Below, in pieces: positions 25,133-38,915 of a stretch of 64,000 nt of DNA. The DNA comes from Eledone cirrhosa. Lineage: Eukaryota. The translations under genes and the position numbers were made by a program. The notes below the pieces were generated by a model. That model was not told the origin of the DNA, ran no database searches, and saw only the letters and a list, made by a program, of their open reading frames with translations. The DNA is taken from NCBI GenBank assembly GCA_964016885.1, contig OZ024746.1, positions 11,718,001 through 11,782,000 on the forward strand, read 5' to 3'. Every line of letters begins with the position of its first letter. Position 1 is the first letter of the stretch.

Positions 25133-26949
25133 AATTTAATTATGGAAGATCATATTTTGTATGGTATACTTCCATGTAGTATATTATTAGAGTTGACTCT
25201 AATCAGTATTAATGTTTATTATTCCGCCTCTTGTTGATGTTTTTGTTTGTTGGTGTTGTTTCATTAACTGCGTGATTGTATTCGTGTATTTGAATTTATG
25301 TGTGTGTGTGTATTTGTGTTTGTATTTGTATGTTTGTTCCTTTACTGGTGGTGTCACCTTTCCCATATATGTTTTCATTACCCAATATTTCTAGGGAAGC
25401 TAATTTTTTAAAAAATATATTTACCTAATTTTTTTTAAATGTGTTTATCAATTCATTCTGTTTTTGTGTTTCATGATGTGCAGGTGTTTGTGTGCATCTG
25501 TGTGTGTTTGCATGCGTGTTTGTTTATTCCACTTCTATCTGACCTATACTCCCAGATATATATATAACTCTATAAAGTTAACTGTCTCTAATATGTAAAC
25601 ATCTCAATGAAAGGATAAGATATATTAATTAATTATCCACTCAAAGAAGTATTAAACATTTTTTTTTTGGGGGGGGGGGTAAGCCTAATTCAGCTTTAAC
25701 TTATATAATACCCCAACCATGGTTTCTGGAACTCAAGACATAACATCAGGAATTCCAAGACATTGGAATACCAATATTGGAAGAATTAAAGTTCCTTCGT
25801 CAGGAGGTGAATTCTTGTTAGAAATAAGGGGACAAATTGAAAATATATCATACATACCATTTTGTTGCTAGACTATATGGTGAACAAGGTGTTCTATCGT
25901 TGATTTACTATATGAATATATTCCACCCAAGTTGAGTATGTATCATACATATATATGTGTGTGATTGTGTGTATATATATATAGAGAGAGAGATGTGTGT
26001 GGGTGTATAAAATATTTCTTAAAAAATCAAATATGATCCTCAAATAGAATTGAAATTCTTTTTTTCTCTGAAGGGATAGAATTCCTGCTCAATTCAAAAT
26101 TGATGCTTCATGCTTGAAACTGTGACATTTCATATTGTTTATATATCAATCAAGTTCCACTTCGTCAGAGAGGTCAACTGAATTAGATAGCATGAATTGA
26201 CATTTCAACCATCTTCATTTATTCTGCTTGTTTGATCATACTTTATTTATTTATGTTATTTATTTACTGGTTCCCTGTATTTTGAGTGATTTAAAATTGA
26301 TGATAAGAAAAATAAATGGTTTGTATTTTATTTAATAGTGAGTCTTGTAAACATAATATTATGAAGAATATGCAACTTACATTATTCTCACAAAACTTAG
26401 CTCTGGTATCTGTTCCTTTATAAAGATGAGAAATGTTGGATTTGGATAAAATGCATCATCTGTCACAAGGTTCATAGAAAATTGTGTACTTTTTCTGTTT
26501 TACTTAGGTGGACTTAAGAATATAGAATTACATGGGCTATCCTTAGAAATACAATGAAACACCTAGAGCTGGTATGAAGGCATAAGCTGGTAGCATAATG
26601 CCTTATTTATTTGATCATTGTTGCCTCCATGATACATATTGGAGATAGTTAACATCTTTCTAATGATTGTAAAGTGTTACATCACAAAAGATGTTTCCTT
26701 TCTTTTAACATATTAATGTGAATAGAAAAGTGACAGTAACTTCAACATTTCAGTTTCGTTGCTTCATCTAGCAACCAAATAAAGCCACAAAGCTGAAACT
26801 TCAAAGTCACTGTCACTTTTCTACATAGTAAATAAAATTGACACTCTACTCACCAGTATTGAGTGCTTAATCAGTTAATGTTTGCATGTTTTAAACATTA
26901 TGGTATTTTAATCACACATTTTAATGCCAATGTGAATATCTATTTCTAG

Positions 26950-27070
26950 ATGATATCATTCGACGCAGGCTTTTAATTGATGGAGATGGTGGAAATGATG
27001 ACAAACGAATCAACAGTCTACTCCGTATGTTGGTGCGGTGGTGTAACATGCCTGACAATGATGAAGAGAG
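26950..27070 (+). CDS. THOC7: THO complex subunit 7, first identified coding exon (probably exon 2)
   Basis: tttctag|...|gtatgt, 121 nt, phase 1/2. Translates (D)DIIRRRLLIDGDGGNDDKRINSLLRMLVRWCNMPDNDEE(S), matching the recalled THOC7 N-terminus DEVIRKRLLIDGDGAGDDRRIN. Confidence 0.96.
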
Positions 27071-29899
27071 GTATGTATTATATCTTAAATTTTCTAGTCA
27101 CCACCATGATTAGGAAGTGGGGAAGATGGGTGGTGGGTAGCAAAACTTGGAATTAAACATCTAATTTTGTAATTACAGTATCATCATTATCCCTATGTAC
27201 CTCTGTTGCTATTTAGAATCATATGACAGCTGGAACTAGTACGTGTCTCAAAATAGTTCAGGAGGATGATACTATTAACATTGGCACCAGTACTTAACTG
27301 GTATTTCATTTTATTGACCTCAGAAGGATGTAAGGTAAAGTTAACCTCAGAGGGATTTGAACTCAGAATATAGAAAGTTGTAATTAAACACCACAAAGCA
27401 TTTTATCTGACACTCTACCAATTCTTCTCATCAACTGCCCAAGCAGTCCAACCAGGACATCTTATTTTCAGACATAAGTATATCAAGGACTACATTATCC
27501 AATGAGTTCTTTTTTTAAGACAGTGGGGTGTAATTTGAGGAAGATTAAACTACTTCTAGCAAGTGGAGCATCCACATAGAGGCTTCTTTGTTTGGTTTGA
27601 TTTTGTTGTTGATGTTGTTACAATACTATGTACATCCTTCCTGTATGGGTTTTGTCCACTGAATGCTAGTATGTCTCTCTGCTGCTTACAGAAGTAAGCT
27701 GTTGCATTCACCTCTCTTTCTGCCATATACTTTAGCATAAAAGCAGTAATTGTTATTGCTGAAAATTTGTTTCTCTTTGTATAATTTCTTCATACCACCA
27801 AGTAATTTGACTGAAAGTACTGTTGTTTAACACCCAATTGATCGAAGATGTTCTGACAGTAACCATCCAGTCTCTTTATTTCTGACATCATGTGTCCAGA
27901 ATTGCATAATCCAATATGTCCTTCTTTCTTTAGCATTTAGATTACTCTATATTTACTATCATATTTTCATGGTAAAGGCTTTACCTCACATAATATCAAA
28001 TCTATGAGATTTTGATTTTAATTATGTTGAGAACAACACCTTAACATCAGTATGAGCAGCAGGTTACAGCTGGTTTGAACAGAAAGAGGTGAGAGAATTC
28101 TGGCCGGGTATGACAAGTTTAAATGCTAAAGGGTTAAGTGGGTAGAATGTGCTATGAGTGAGAATTGGCTGCTAATTCTTCTTTGTTGGTTTGATGGTAA
28201 TAATTGTGATGATGGTGATTTTAATGGTTCTGATGGTTCTATGATATAATATGCTTCATGCTCATCTGAAATAGGTAACAGGAAATTGAGAAAGTTTAAT
28301 ATTTCATTAGAAAGGTGGTGGATTAGCAGAATTGGTAGAGTGTCAGTTAAAATATCATTGCAGTATTTATTCTGGATCTTTACATTCTGAGTTCAAATCC
28401 CTCTGAGGTCAACTTTGCCTTTCACCCAAATTTACTGACCTTGTGCCTAAATTAGAAACTAATATTTCAAAAAATACACCCCCATCCCACTACCCCTACT
28501 CCCACCCCATCAACACCACCCATTTCTCTGTAAAGGTATGTTGGTACCACAACATCCAGTCCTAAATAAATGAGGTCGTGTAGGTGTCACGACAAAAACA
28601 CACAGTCCACGCTGTAATGTTGCCGTGTAGGTAACACGGTAAAAACCTCCCAGTCCACACTAAACGTGGTTGGTGTTAGGAAGAGCATCTAGCCGTAGAA
28701 AACCTGCCAGACAGTCCTATACGAGCAAGACAACCAATCTTGCCTCAAGTGGGACAATTCCCGTCTAAACCCATGCTAGCATGGAAGTTAGACATTAAAT
28801 GATGATGATGGGTATCAGTGGCATAAATAAAAAATATTGCTTATTTGGAGCTTACTGTTTGTGACAAAGGCATGACAACCTCCTTATTGTTGGTGATTTA
28901 TACGATAAATACACCCAGTACACTCTATAAAGTGGTTGGTGATAGGAAGGGCATCTAGCCATATAAAACCTGTCAAACAAAGGGTTGGGAGAACCCTTCA
29001 GCTGTGTCAAGGACATAACAATCTCTCTAGTGCTGGTGTCACACTTGGTAGTGCAAGGGATCATATGTAAATGAATCGCAGGCAGCTGATCCATCTGATC
29101 ACTCGGTAAGGTGCAGGAATATAAACGGGATGCATGGAAAGCAGATATTAAATGATGATGATGATTCATCTACCCTTTTTTTCCCCTGGCAATGGAAACC
29201 AGTCCTTGGAGACTTCCTTAGCAAGTACTTGACATAGAATTTTCATAAGAGAATATTAATGTGATTTGTTCTTGCTCTCCTTCATGTTTTTTTATGAGAT
29301 GCCATCTTGTCAGCTATAGTGAATTCTGAGAGAGTGAGAAGGAAAAAGAAAGATAGAGAGAAAGGAATAATTGACTACAGTGCTGGATTGGTACTTTATC
29401 AACCTTGGAAGGAGGAATAGTACAGTTGACCTCGGCAGAGTTTGAACCCAGACTGCTGAGAACTAGAACAAATACAGCAAAGTATTTTACCTGATGCTTT
29501 AACAACTCTGCCAGTTTTATTCGCATATATGTGTGTGTGTATGTATGTAGCTTTGCAACCATTAGCTCCCAGGTTCAGTCCCATTGTACAGCATCTTGGG
29601 CAAGTGTCATTTACCATATTTTCCATGCTTGCATGGGTCAGACGAGTTGTCATGTTATAAGACAGGTTATGTGACCATGTCTTACTCATAAAGAACTGTT
29701 TCTGGCTTGATTTCAATGTAGGGGTAAACAAAACAAAGTTATATGAAAATGAAGGTTTGGGACAGAAATGTAACACAATAAAGGCATGTTTAAAATGTTG
29801 AATTTGCACAAAATAAACAAATGATTAAATCAACCCATGCAAGTGTGGAAAAGTGGACGTAAAAACGATGATGATGATGATAGTGGTGGTGGTGGTGGT

Positions 29900-30225
29900 G
29901 ATGATCCTCATAGACAACAATATGTCCTTCAAGGAAATGGAGAAATTATCCAAATGTAAAGATCTGGAGATAGAAATAACCTGAATGTGGATGATGAAGA
30001 CAGAAACAATGCCTGTAATAATAGGTGCTGTGGGAATAAGAAACACACAGAGATACATAACCAAAACTCCAGGACTTACAAATATATACAGTATACAGAA
30101 AATAGCACTACTAGGCACTCTATACATATTACGAGAACTGTCAATACAATAGAAACAACAACACTGCACATACCCAAGACATATAGAACTGTGGTTGGTA
30201 ATGCAGTAAAAATAAAAACAATAAT
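29900..30225 (+). mobile_element. R4/Dong-like retrotransposon 3' end in a THOC7 intron
   Basis: KEMEKLSKCKDLEIEIT*MWMMKTETMPVIIGAVG...IQKIALLGTLYILR matches the C-terminus of restriction-like endonucleases. Confidence 0.8.
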
Positions 30226-30496
30226 CTATATTATAATAAGAGCACTGTCTGTCTGCCTGTCCATCACGCTCACTCTAAATAGAGAGGGGGAGCACCAAGC
30301 AAGAGATATGTACATAGAGAGAGAAAATGGAACACTGTGTGTTTTCGATGTGACAGAAAGTTATAACATGGCCCTCATCTATATAGAGAGAGAAAAGAAA
30401 CACCATTTGTTTAGAGAGAGAGTGTGTGATAGAAAGAAGGAGAAGACAATGTTGCCCTCATCTAGTAATAATAATATATGTTTGTTGTTTTTGTAG

Positions 30497-30624
30497 TCAT
30501 CTGACATATCAACGTATGTTGGCCACATTGGCACAATGTGAATACAATATGGAGAAATCTGTGTTGGTTTATGAGATGAATCTCACAGAACAAAAGAAAT
30601 ATGAACATCTAAATCAAGACATTG
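30497..30624 (+). CDS. THOC7: THOC7 coding exon
   Basis: ttttgtag|...|gtaagt, 128 nt. HLTYQRMLATLAQCEYNMEKSVLVYEMNLTEQKKYEHLNQDI, cf. YQRMLSTLSQCEFSMGKTLLVYDMN. Phase fits both neighbours. Confidence 0.96.
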
Positions 30625-31499
30625 GTAAGTAGTAATTCATTTTATGTTCAGCATGTCCTATAGTTATTATTGTTTAGCTTCAGATCAGCCCTATTCAAGC
30701 AGACCTCTGATCAAAGACATTCCAGCTGTAACCTCCTTGTTTTTTTTTATGTACAATGAACCCTGAACTATTATCATCCAGTGTGTTCCTTTCTAAGATG
30801 ATGCCAACATTGGAAAACAATGGTTGTAAAATGGTGATAATGAGAGTATCATTTGAGGGCGATTAGGTCCTATTTTTAGCAGGTTGAGTGACCTTGTAGA
30901 ATCTTCTTATTGATAGGGGAAAGAAAAGTATTAACCTGATAAGGACAATAACTAGGATAAGATCATGGCCATTTGAATTTATATGCCTGATACTTATTTT
31001 ATCAACCCACATTCAAGAGATGAAAAACAACAAATTCAACCCCAGTGTTATTCGAATTTAGAATGTTTAGGGACAAAAACTAAATGCTGTAAAGTATTTA
31101 ATATGGTGCCCTATTATAATTGTCATTCCATTATCATTATAGAATTCTTAGGGTGGTGTATTGGCAGTATCAGTAGAGTGTCTGACATCATGTTATGTAG
31201 TTACGGCCCTTTACATTCTGGGTTCAAATCCTGCCACAGTTAGCTTTTTACCATTCATCCTTACAGAGTCGATAAATAAAGCACCAGTAATGCACTGGGG
31301 TAAATTTAATTGACTTTTCCCTCTCCTTTAAATTAAATTGCAGGCCTTGTGTCTAAAATAGAAACAATTATAGAATTTTTAATATTTTAAAACATTATTT
31401 AAATGTTTTTAATTGAGGGAATTCATTAAGACTAGAGAGGTTTTGCTTGGTAAGGACAAACCTAACATCTATTATGCAGTAGAATTCTACAATATAACC

Positions 31500-31840
31500 A
31501 AACAATTTCAGCAACCAATAACTAAAGACTGTCTTGGTTATTGGATGAACTGAGAGAAAAACTGAGATTAAGAATCAGAAGTAGTGAGCAAGAGAGAAGA
31601 CTACATTATAATGGACATGAGGTGGGTATGGATGGTGATTGCTGGGTGAAGAAGTGCCAAGAAATCCCAGTGGAAGGAAGCCGCAATAGTGGAAGACCTG
31701 GGCAGAGGTGGTGAGAGCTGATCTCAAATCACTGAAACTTACAGAGGTGACAATGGATCACTGTGTGTGAAGAGATGTTGTGCTGAAAGTCCAACCCAAG
31801 AAGTGTGAAAAAACAGATGTAAAAATGATGATGATGATGT
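31500..31840 (+). mobile_element. Degenerate RTE 3' end
   Basis: LREKLRL...GH...WVKKCQEIPVEG remnants plus a (GAT)n tail; homologous to 41100-41420 and 56600-56870. Confidence 0.75.
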
Positions 31841-34800
31841 CTTGTCAAAAATGGAGATGAACATCTTTGTACTATGAATGATGTTTCATGTTTTCCTATA
31901 TTTTCTGTCATTTGTATGACATATCTTTGTTTTCCTACTTCTTTATAGAATATTTTGTGTTGTTTATTTTGTTGTTTTTCTTTTGTTTTGTTTTTTTCTC
32001 TTTATTTTCCTTCTTTTTTTTTTCCTTTCAAGGTATAATTAATTATCATATTTTGAAGTAAAAGTTGGGGTGTCTCCTACATCAGAAAATACAGCATTTA
32101 TTGTTGACTATAAAGTATATTTTAGAAGTTTAAATAAAGTTGGAGTTTACTACTCAGTATTGTATTTACAAATTGCATTTTGTTTTTCTGCTGTCATCTG
32201 TAATAATGTTCAATGTAAAGCATAGAACAAAGGATCAATTCTATTTAAAGAATAATTCTACTGCACAACAGTAGCGGTACTCAGTAATAGAGAAGACCCG
32301 CCTTACCTAAATACAAAGTAAAAACCTACTACAGTCAGTAGGCATCTCTATCAACAACCCCCCCCCCCCCCGTCCCACCACCTCCACACCGCCCCTTTCA
32401 ATGTAAAGTTATGTTGGTACCACAACATCCAGGCCGAAACAAATGAGATTGTGTAGGTGTCACGACAAAAAAACACACAGTCCACGCTGTAAATGTGGCC
32501 GTGTAGGCAACACGGTAAAAACCTCCCAGACCCTCACTGTAAATGTGGTTGGTGTAGGAAGGGCATCCAGCTGTAGAAAACCCGCCAGACAGTCCTATGC
32601 GAGCAAGACAATCACTCTTGCCTCAAGTGGGAAAACCCCCGTCCAAACCCATGCAAGCGTGGAACACGGACGCTAAACCTGATGATGATGATGATGATGA
32701 TGAACAGATGTTGCTTTCATACTTACCAAACAGAACTTCATCAGTTTAAATGAACCTCCCCAATGAAAAATATTTAACTCTTAATGCCCACTGTGACTGT
32801 CTCACATTAAAAATTAAAGTCTTTACTTCAGCTTATGGGCAAAACCAAATAGCAGGAGGCTCTGGAGTAAACCCCAAGCAATATGGCTGGATAACATCCA
32901 TGAGTTCAAGTGGTCATGTGTGGGGATCCAGCTGGATCAATTGGAGATGGTTGTTATTGGGCACTCACTCTTTACAATATATATATATGTCTTGTAGCTC
33001 CTGAGGGATTCCTTGGGTACTGATCCTTAGCTTGGGCTTCATAATGTGAAATAAGATGAAAATAACTTCCCCTGTGAATAGAATGCTAAACTGTCTCAGA
33101 TAACATACCTAGATCATCTGGTACCAATTCCTGACACTTCCATAAATTATAGTATTAAAAATAAAATGTTCTGTCTAGAACACAATGAAACACCAATAGT
33201 CAACTTGAACCAATGATCCATGACTATATAATCCAATCCATTACTATCATCAATTGGCCAGCTCACTTGTATTCATAAAATATAAACAAACAACTATATA
33301 CTTTCTCCTTTTTTCTTTCTCTCTCATATATATATACATATATATCAAACAAGCGTGAAATTAATAAGACTTTTGTGTGTTTCTCTTTTTTAATCTCTCT
33401 CTCTCTATATATATATATATATAATCCATCTAGTCATAGTCTCTCTTTAATTATCCTGCTCTCCCTGCCCCCCCCCCTCCTCCCCCACTACTTGTTTGTT
33501 TTTTCCTTTACTCTCTCCCTCTTCCCTCTCCATCCCTCACCTCTTTTCCCCCTCCCTTCATTATATATCTCTCTTAACCCACTTACACCCACTCACCCAA
33601 ACACACACACACACCATAAGTGTGCAAAAGTATTGAAGTTTCTGGTTTGACTGTCTTTGTGAAAGAGGGTATAAAACTGTAGAATTGTTACTCCCCATCA
33701 GTTCAGCACCTCTTCTTTGATAGCAGATATTATATGGAGATCAGGGAGAGAATTTGACTTTACTTAACTTACAATTGTCTTTGTTGACCTTGATTCTGTA
33801 ACATGAGGTCAGTGTTCTGAACTACAGCAGTAGCAGTGGTAGTGATTGTGCTGATGGTGGTGGTGGTGGTAATGGTAGTAATAGTTGTTTATGGTGGTAT
33901 TGTTGTTATTATTATTATTAGTAGTAGTAGTAGTAAGAATCTTTTGTTGAAAATACACTAATTTATGGATTTGTTTATCTATAAATAGTTTTTTTTTATT
34001 TTATGTCTGTTTTATCTCTACACTGATGTATGGGTTTGACAGATCTGCAAATTTATATGATTAACAGGTGTGTTTTTGAATTTCATAGCTAATCTAATTG
34101 TTAGATGTGTTTCGTCCTTTAATGGCTGTCTTCCCTGGTAGCATTAATTGAACAAAAGTAGTTACTTGTGGGAATAGAACAGTTGCATTAAAGCCAGATT
34201 AACATATATATATATATATATAAATAAATATATGTGTGTGTGTGTGTATGTATATATTACATAATGTTGAGTGCTTTTGATTATTGCATCATGGTTTGCT
34301 CACTGGAATGACCAGCTCTACCTGTTAGTTAAGCTGTCCAACATAAATGTTATCATTTCTTTCATCCGCTTTCCCTGCTAGTATGGGTTGGACGGGTCCG
34401 TGTAGACCAAGTCTGTACTGAAGCAGAGCCACTGATCTTCCCAAGCAAGTCAGGGAACTATGTCTCACTTATGTACAGTCTCACATTTCATCGAGTGCTC
34501 AGTGGAGGTTGTCATGCCTTTGACATAACTGAGGGTCCTTCCAACCCTTTGTTTGGCAGGTTTTATATGGCTATATACCCCTCCTATCAACAACCACTTT
34601 ACAGAGTGTCATATCTTTAGCACAGCCTACGAGTCCTCTTGACTCTCTGACAGGTTTTATATGGCTAGATGCCCTTTCAATCACCAACCTATTTACAGAG
34701 TGTACAGGGCACATTTATCATGTAAATCACCAGCACTAGGGAGGTTATCATGTCTAAATAATAGACTTAACTCTTAATGTCCTGTAGCACATGAAACTAC

Positions 34801-35194
34801 ATTAGCAAAACATTCTTCAAAAGTACAAACAGCACCATGACTGCATCATATTAGAAATTCAAGTCTTTACTTCTATTTACTGCAAATGTTCACAATTTGT
34901 CCACTAGTAAAGATATTATAAATATTTGAATTAACGAACACATATTTTAGATATTTTCTACTAAATCATTACAGGGGTTATTTATAAAGTTTTTATGGGA
35001 GGATTATTAAGATGAATGATAAATTCCAGTCTCATTGAGGTTGACTTTGATCTTCATCATATCAGTGTCCACAAAATTAGTTCCAGTCAGATACCAGGAT
35101 TGATATAAATTATCCACTCTCCTGAAATTTGTGGTCTAGTGTTTGTATTAGAAATCAACATTGTTACCATTTTTTTCTTTCTTTGACCTTATAG

Positions 35195-35281
35195 AAAAGA
35201 AAATTTCTGCAGCTACTTCAAAGATCATTGACTGTAAACAGGAGTTACAAGAAGCAAAAAGAATCAGGAAAAACAGACAAG
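35195..35281 (+). CDS. THOC7: THOC7 coding exon
   Basis: ccttatag|...|gtaact, 87 nt. (E)KKISAATSKIIDCKQELQEAKRIRKNRQ contains the conserved AKRIRKNRQ motif. Confidence 0.96.
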
Positions 35282-35388
35282 GTAACTAAAATGATTTGTA
35301 TATCTTCTTTGTATTTTTTTAGTGTGAACAACAATTTCTGCTTCAGAATTTGATATATCGATTAGTTCAATGTGTGTTTGTATGTGTA

Positions 35389-35589
35389 TGAGGGTCGGCT
35401 GAAAAGTTCATAGACTGGCCAAGATACTCTCATGGTATGACCAAGTGAGGTTTATTTTCCAACACAGTCCCTGGAAAGAAACAATGAAGTTGTTATTAAG
35501 AAGAAGAGTTGAAATTAATGTATACAAGATTTCACAGCTCTAGCATCACTCCTTTATAGTCAGCCTATGAACTTTTCAGCTGACACTTG
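35389..35589. mobile_element. mariner-like MITE (~200 bp)
   Basis: TA|TGAGGGTCGGCTGAAAAGTTCATAGACTG...CAGCCTATGAACTTTTCAGCTGACACTTG|TA, imperfect TIRs. Confidence 0.75.
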
Positions 35590-38500
35590 TATGTAGATGC
35601 AGCATGGCTGAATGGTTGAGATATTGGTTTTTCAAAGTCTTGGGTTCAGTGCCATAGGCATGGTTATGTGGTTAAGGAGTTCACTTTGTAATCATGTGGT
35701 TCTGGGTTCAGTCCCACTGTATAGCACCTTGACTGTCTTCTACAATAGCCTTGGCTTGATAAAACTGCAGAAGCCTATTGTGTGTGTATCCATGTTTACG
35801 TTTGTGTCTCTGTTTATGTTCTATAAGTTAGCAACTTGAACAAATAAGTATTTGGAGCTCTGTATGATCAACTAAATAAGGGGTGCCCCAGCATAGCCAC
35901 AGTCTAATGACTGAAACCAGTAAAAGAGTATAAGAAAAATATATATATATTGTACATAGAATGCTGTTTGGTATGGATTTTTTCCAAATGAGATATAAGA
36001 TATCTTATTTATAGAGATTTGAAATGAAATTAAAAATTTATTCACATAAATTGGAAATAAAATGAAGGTCATCTCATCCACCTCATTTTTGTATAACTTT
36101 GTCTTATTTGTCGCCACATGTTTTCTATAACCCACACCCCTACCCACCTTTTTTTTTTCATATTTCATGTAATTGTATTTATGAGTGACAATGTATGTAA
36201 TTGGTCTTAGTGACTAAATAAAAGAAATTGTTATACTTCTAACAGGGTTAGGCAGAATTGTTAGAGTATTGAACAAAAACTTTTATAGCATTTAGTTATG
36301 GCTCTTTATGTTCGAAGTTCAAATACCTCCATAGTTAGCTTTGCCTTTCATCCTTCCAGGGTCGATAAAATAAAATACCAGCAAAGTACTGGGGTCAATT
36401 TAATCCACCCCCCACTGACCCCAAAATTACTGGCCTTGTACCTCCTATGTTAGAAACAATTATTATACTTCTGTTCGGAAGATAGCTGCTTTTGTTGATA
36501 AATCACTGAAGACATGCTTACGGAGGATTGTAGTGACCCCCGGGAAGTGTAGAATATATGGTAGGCTAGCAGGAATGTTGAATGTTCTGACTTAATTAGT
36601 GGATTTTTGTGAAACTTGGAGTCAGCTCACACAACAGTGGTTTATTTATTTACTGCATGTAAAGAACTTTTCTTGTGAATGATTTAACACTGGTTTCTCA
36701 ATCTAATTCATCAAATATACACACTAGATGCATTGCATACCATTTAATTTTTTTTTTACTGTGCATGTTTATTTTTATTTTATTTTATTTTATTTTTTTT
36801 TGGAGAAGGGTGTTTTTTGTTCCCAATTGTGTTGTTTTATCTGTCATGATTAGCTTTAATCTCTAACTTAAAACATTTATTAACCCAGTTCACAATGCCT
36901 TTTTCTTACTACATGTCCATACTAGTTGAGTGAAATAAGATTGATATTAATTTTCTTACAAATTAAATTCTAAGTCCTTGTGAGGTTTTCAATACCTCAG
37001 AGAAACAAAGATTTCTTATTTTTAAAAAAGTATATAGTTAGCTAAGACTTAAATTCTCTGTGAGGACTTAAAAATTGTCCCTGCTGGCTGTAGTACATAA
37101 TACTACAAGAAAAATTACACGAACAGTGACTATGTTGTTACGTGTCTGTCTTATATCCTATAGCTTGGTGTATTTATGTCAAAATTCAAATCCCAGCCAC
37201 CCACATCTGTTTACAAAAATAAATTTAAAAAAAAACAACACCGTTCTTGCTTCAATTTACTTTATGGGACTCTGAGAAAAATAAATAATGCTGGAATTAA
37301 TAAGGTCACTTGAGAAATAAAGAATGGTGTGGTGAGGTATTTGGATTAAGGCATATTTGGAAATAGTTTACATTTTCTACAGGAAAAGAAATATGATACT
37401 GTTATTGGGTGTTTCCGTAATATAAAAATCAAATATTATTGGAAAATTGGTTTTGTCTTTTTCACTTGAGTACTGGAAATTTAAATAAATATAATATAAT
37501 ATAATACAATGTGAAGTAAATATAATGTGAAGTAAACAATGTGAAGTAAATTTATTGTGAAGTATATATATTATGAAGTAAATATAATGTGAAGTATATA
37601 TATTGTGAAAAAAAAAATGTTTTCATCAAAACATGGAAAAACAGGTGTAAAAACGATGATGATGATGTGTATAAGAGATTGTTTTATTAACCTTTTCTTA
37701 ATAAGAACAGTGAACTGCATGGAAACTATCCATAAAAACAAATATATATATATTTCTGAGACTAAAACTAAAGACAATTAGCTAAACAGCACTTTCTGTA
37801 CAGTGAAATAAAATATGATAAATTAGTAGTAAAAAATTTAATTTTTCTTTTTTATCATCATATCCTCCATGCAGTTGAGGCAGAGTCATTTTTCATAACT
37901 TACAGGGTTTGTTTAGAATTCCCAACTTCCTAGATGAGTTGCTTACACTAAAACTGAGTAGCCATGTCCCTTCACGATGTATTTGGCTACAAGATTGAGG
38001 TTTCTTACAGTTTACCTTGAAGTCTAAAAGGCAAATGGGCTTATGGTTGCAGTCTGAGGCAATTAGATTGGTATGAAGCTGTCTCTGTGGTACTAGATAA
38101 AAGGAGTGTTTAGCTACCTGGCTGTGCCAGTGGCATGAATTTAGATAACTTAGTGATATACTGAATGATATATACAAAAGAAATCTCAATAAATTGAAAT
38201 TTGCCTCTTAGTTGGAGGAATAAAAAAACTAGCAACAATTGCTAATGACTCCCAAAAAAGGAGAGGTAATTTCAAGAAATTAAAAATTAATCTCATACAA
38301 AATTTAATTTTTATGTTTGAGAGAAAATCTTATTTTTGTGAGTAGGCAAGGTGACAACTAGAAACAAGTTTCATTCTCATTGGACCTCATCAGTGAAGCA
38401 TATACTTCTTAATTTTGCTCAATTAATGAACATAATTTTTTACAAATAGAAGATTAACCCATTAACATTTAAACTGGCCATATCCGGCCCAATTTCTCTC

Positions 38501-38857
38501 TCCTCTTTCTGTTGAAACCGGTTATAACCAGCCACTCATACCGACATCAAGGTATTGTTTTCAAAATAAATATCAAAACCTCATAGATTCGATATTATGT
38601 GAGATAAACCTTTCCTATAAAAATACAATAGTAAATATAGAGTAAATGTAAATGCTAAAGGGTTGATAAATGGGACGCCACAAACTGTATCATAATATCA
38701 ATTTAACATATAAAACCCTATTTTAATTTATCATAAATTGAATGTGATTATGACTATGCTCCTTTTATGCGATGCATGAATGGAATTTCAAAAGCCTTCA
38801 CTTATACCTGGTGGTAATTTTGTAATACATTAACATTAATGTAATATTTTGTTTCAG

Positions 38858-38915
38858 AATATGATGCCTTGGCTAAAATAATTCAAAGACATCCTGACAG
38901 ACTTGAAACTACCAA
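38858..38915 (+). CDS. THOC7: THOC7 coding exon
   Basis: gtttcag|...|gtaagg, 58 nt. (E)YDALAKIIQRHPDRLETT(K), cf. EYDALAKVIQHHPDRHET. Confidence 0.96.
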
